From: Verrucomicrobia bacterium UBA3869
GTDB lineage: Bacteria; Verrucomicrobiota; Verrucomicrobiia; Opitutales; UBA9783
Direction of reading: 5' to 3'
Assembly: GCA_002392285.1 (NCBI GenBank)
Contig: DGGR01000038.1
Span: 1 to 32,000, forward strand
DNA: 32,000 bases
Both the position numbers and the translations under genes were made by a program. Positions 30,848-32,000 of this stretch are shown here, one piece after another. The notes beneath the pieces were generated by a model. That model saw only the letters and a list, made by a program, of their open reading frames with translations, was not told the origin of the DNA and ran no database searches. Position 1 is the first letter of the stretch, and each line of letters opens with the position of its first letter.

Positions 30848-31522
30848 ATGTTGAAAATTGATGTTTTAACGTTGTTTCCAAAAATGCTGGATGGATTCGT
30901 AACTGAAAGCATTGTGGGTCGTGCGCTACGGGAGCAATTGTTTTCGTTACAGGTTCGTAATTTACGCGATTGGGCTGAGGGTCCGCATTATCAGGTGGAT
31001 GATCGTCCATTCGGCGGTGGAGCTGGGATGGTTCTGCAATTCGATGTATTGTCTCACGCGATTAAGTCGCTGCGTAAGGAGAAAACGCACGTTGTGTATT
31101 TGTGCCCCGATGGAATGCCGCTGACGATGAAAAAAGTACGTGAATTAACGCAAAAAGAGCATGTAGTGTTGGTATCAGGGCATTACGAAAGCGTGGACGA
31201 ACGGTTCCGCGAACAGTATGTGGATGAAGAAATCTCTATAGGCGATTATGTACTGACCAATGGTACTTTGCCTGCAGCCGTTGTTATTGATGCAATGGTT
31301 CGGTGCTTGCCAGGGGCTTTGGGCGATGAACAATCGTTGGAGCAGGATAGCTTTAGGGATGGTTTGTTGTCGTTTCCACAGTATACCCGTCCCAAAGAGC
31401 ATGAAGGTAAAGGTGTACCTAGTATTTTATTTTCAGGAGATCATGCTGCAATCGCAAAGTGGCGCCTGGAACAACAAATTAAACGAACGATTCGTAGACG
31501 TCCGGATTTGATTTTTAATTGA
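30848..31522 (+). CDS. trmD: tRNA (guanine37-N1)-methyltransferase TrmD
   Basis: MLKIDVLTLFPKML, VDDRPFGGGAGMVL, LVSGHYESVDERF, ISIGDYVLTNGTLPA. GGAG lies 9 nt upstream of the ATG. Confidence 0.95.
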   Translation: MLKIDVLTLFPKMLDGFVTESIVGRALREQLFSLQVRNLRDWAEGPHYQVDDRPFGGGAGMVLQFDVLSHAIKSLRKEKTHVVYLCPDGMPLTMKKVRELTQKEHVVLVSGHYESVDERFREQYVDEEISIGDYVLTNGTLPAAVVIDAMVRCLPGALGDEQSLEQDSFRDGLLSFPQYTRPKEHEGKGVPSILFSGDHAAIAKWRLEQQIKRTIRRRPDLIFN

Positions 31523-31558
31523 CAGGATTAGCAGCATTTTATTTTCATAGAGAAAACC

Positions 31559-31924
31559 ATGAATCAAGATATTTTGCGAGAAGTTACAAAACACCAGCTA
31601 AAAGCAGAAATTCCTTTGTTTAAAGTTGGGGATGAGGTTTGCGTGTCTATCAAAGTTAAAGAGGGTGGAAAAGAGCGTATTCAAAAGTTTACTGGAATTG
31701 TAATTGCGCGCAAAGGAAGTGGAATTTCGGAAACGTTTACCGTACGTCGGGTTGTTTCGGATTTTGCTGTTGAGCGTGTGTTCCATTTACATGCTCCCAA
31801 TATTAGCGGTATCAAAGTCACTAAGGAAAGTGTGGTTTTGGATACGGCAAAATGGTATAAATCACGTAAGTGGGTTGGTAAAGCTGCAAGCCAAGTACGT
31901 GAGAAACGTTTGTTCGCTAAATAA
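31559..31924 (+). CDS. rplS: 50S ribosomal protein L19
   Basis: IPLFKVGDEVCVSIKVKEGGKERIQKFTGIVIARKGSGISETFTVRR...VERVFHLHAP is the canonical bL19 core. The C-terminal 35 aa are unusually diverged but keep the GKAA motif. Confidence 0.9.
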   Translation: MNQDILREVTKHQLKAEIPLFKVGDEVCVSIKVKEGGKERIQKFTGIVIARKGSGISETFTVRRVVSDFAVERVFHLHAPNISGIKVTKESVVLDTAKWYKSRKWVGKAASQVREKRLFAK

Positions 31925-32000
31925 AACGTTTGGTCTTTTAAAACTCAGCATTCATTAGGTAGGATGGCTAGTGATTGGTGAGCAGAAGCACCATCCAGGA

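Noticed and set aside
31559-31924. The diverged C-terminus of L19 (ESVVLDTAKWYKSRKWVGKAASQVREKRLFAK versus the usual RRAKLYYLR...GKAA), as a possible frameshift or pseudogene
   Set aside because: The ORF is intact and of normal length, and the GKAA motif and spacing are retained. The other frames do not restore the canonical sequence. This is genuine divergence rather than a frameshift.
1-32000. Search by eye for CRISPR arrays, tRNA/rRNA/tmRNA genes, transposases, integrases, IS inverted repeats, and toxin-antitoxin or restriction-modification pairs
   Set aside because: None was found. All intergenic regions are 303 bp or shorter and carry only the hairpins and repeats listed. No ORF shows DDE, tyrosine-recombinase or serine-recombinase motifs. 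A covariance-model scan (tRNAscan-SE/Infernal) would be needed to exclude small ncRNAs formally.

Overview
This is a gene-dense 32-kb chromosomal segment. I found no rRNA, tRNA, CRISPR array, transposase or integrase by eye.

Likely organism (inference, not verifiable here): an intracellular PVC/Chlamydiota-like bacterium. Four things point that way: rpsP-trmD-rplS lacks rimM, two TyrP/Mtr-type aromatic amino-acid permease paralogues flank ndk, PBP2 stands alone, and several lineage-specific ORFs lack Shine-Dalgarno sequences.

Recognisable housekeeping genes:
- ferritin
- a minus-strand operon of a bS22-like micro-ORF, a DedA/TVP38-like membrane protein, xseA and an NlpC/P60-like protein
- a fabZ-like/fabI/gpsA operon with overlapping start and stop codons
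- ppdK, PBP2, a SulP-STAS transporter, radC, pyruvate:ferredoxin oxidoreductase (nifJ), ruvB, ndk, a DegT-family aminotransferase, and S16/TrmD/L19

Unexplained or accessory content:
1. An orphan three-gene operon (21258-24948) encodes a small helical protein and two diverged ~60-kDa paralogues. They have no TM segment or signal peptide, Ile/Asn-rich N-termini, and a C-terminal helix reminiscent of type III secretion needle/tip/filament proteins. This is my best candidate for an undescribed system.
2. Two distantly related HELxHALH zincin-like proteins (7321-8850 and 11804-12895). The first sits in an AT-rich patch beside an FkbM-type methyltransferase.
3. A 33-aa bS22-like basic ORF that is absent from the ORF track.
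4. An NlpC/P60-like protein whose catalytic Cys is replaced by Tyr.
5. A structured ~190-nt leader with aromatic-rich mini-ORFs upstream of one permease.
6. A near-consensus promoter driving an almost leaderless 74-aa ORF that converges on radC.

All functional calls rest on motif reading and recalled family signatures. No database search was possible.
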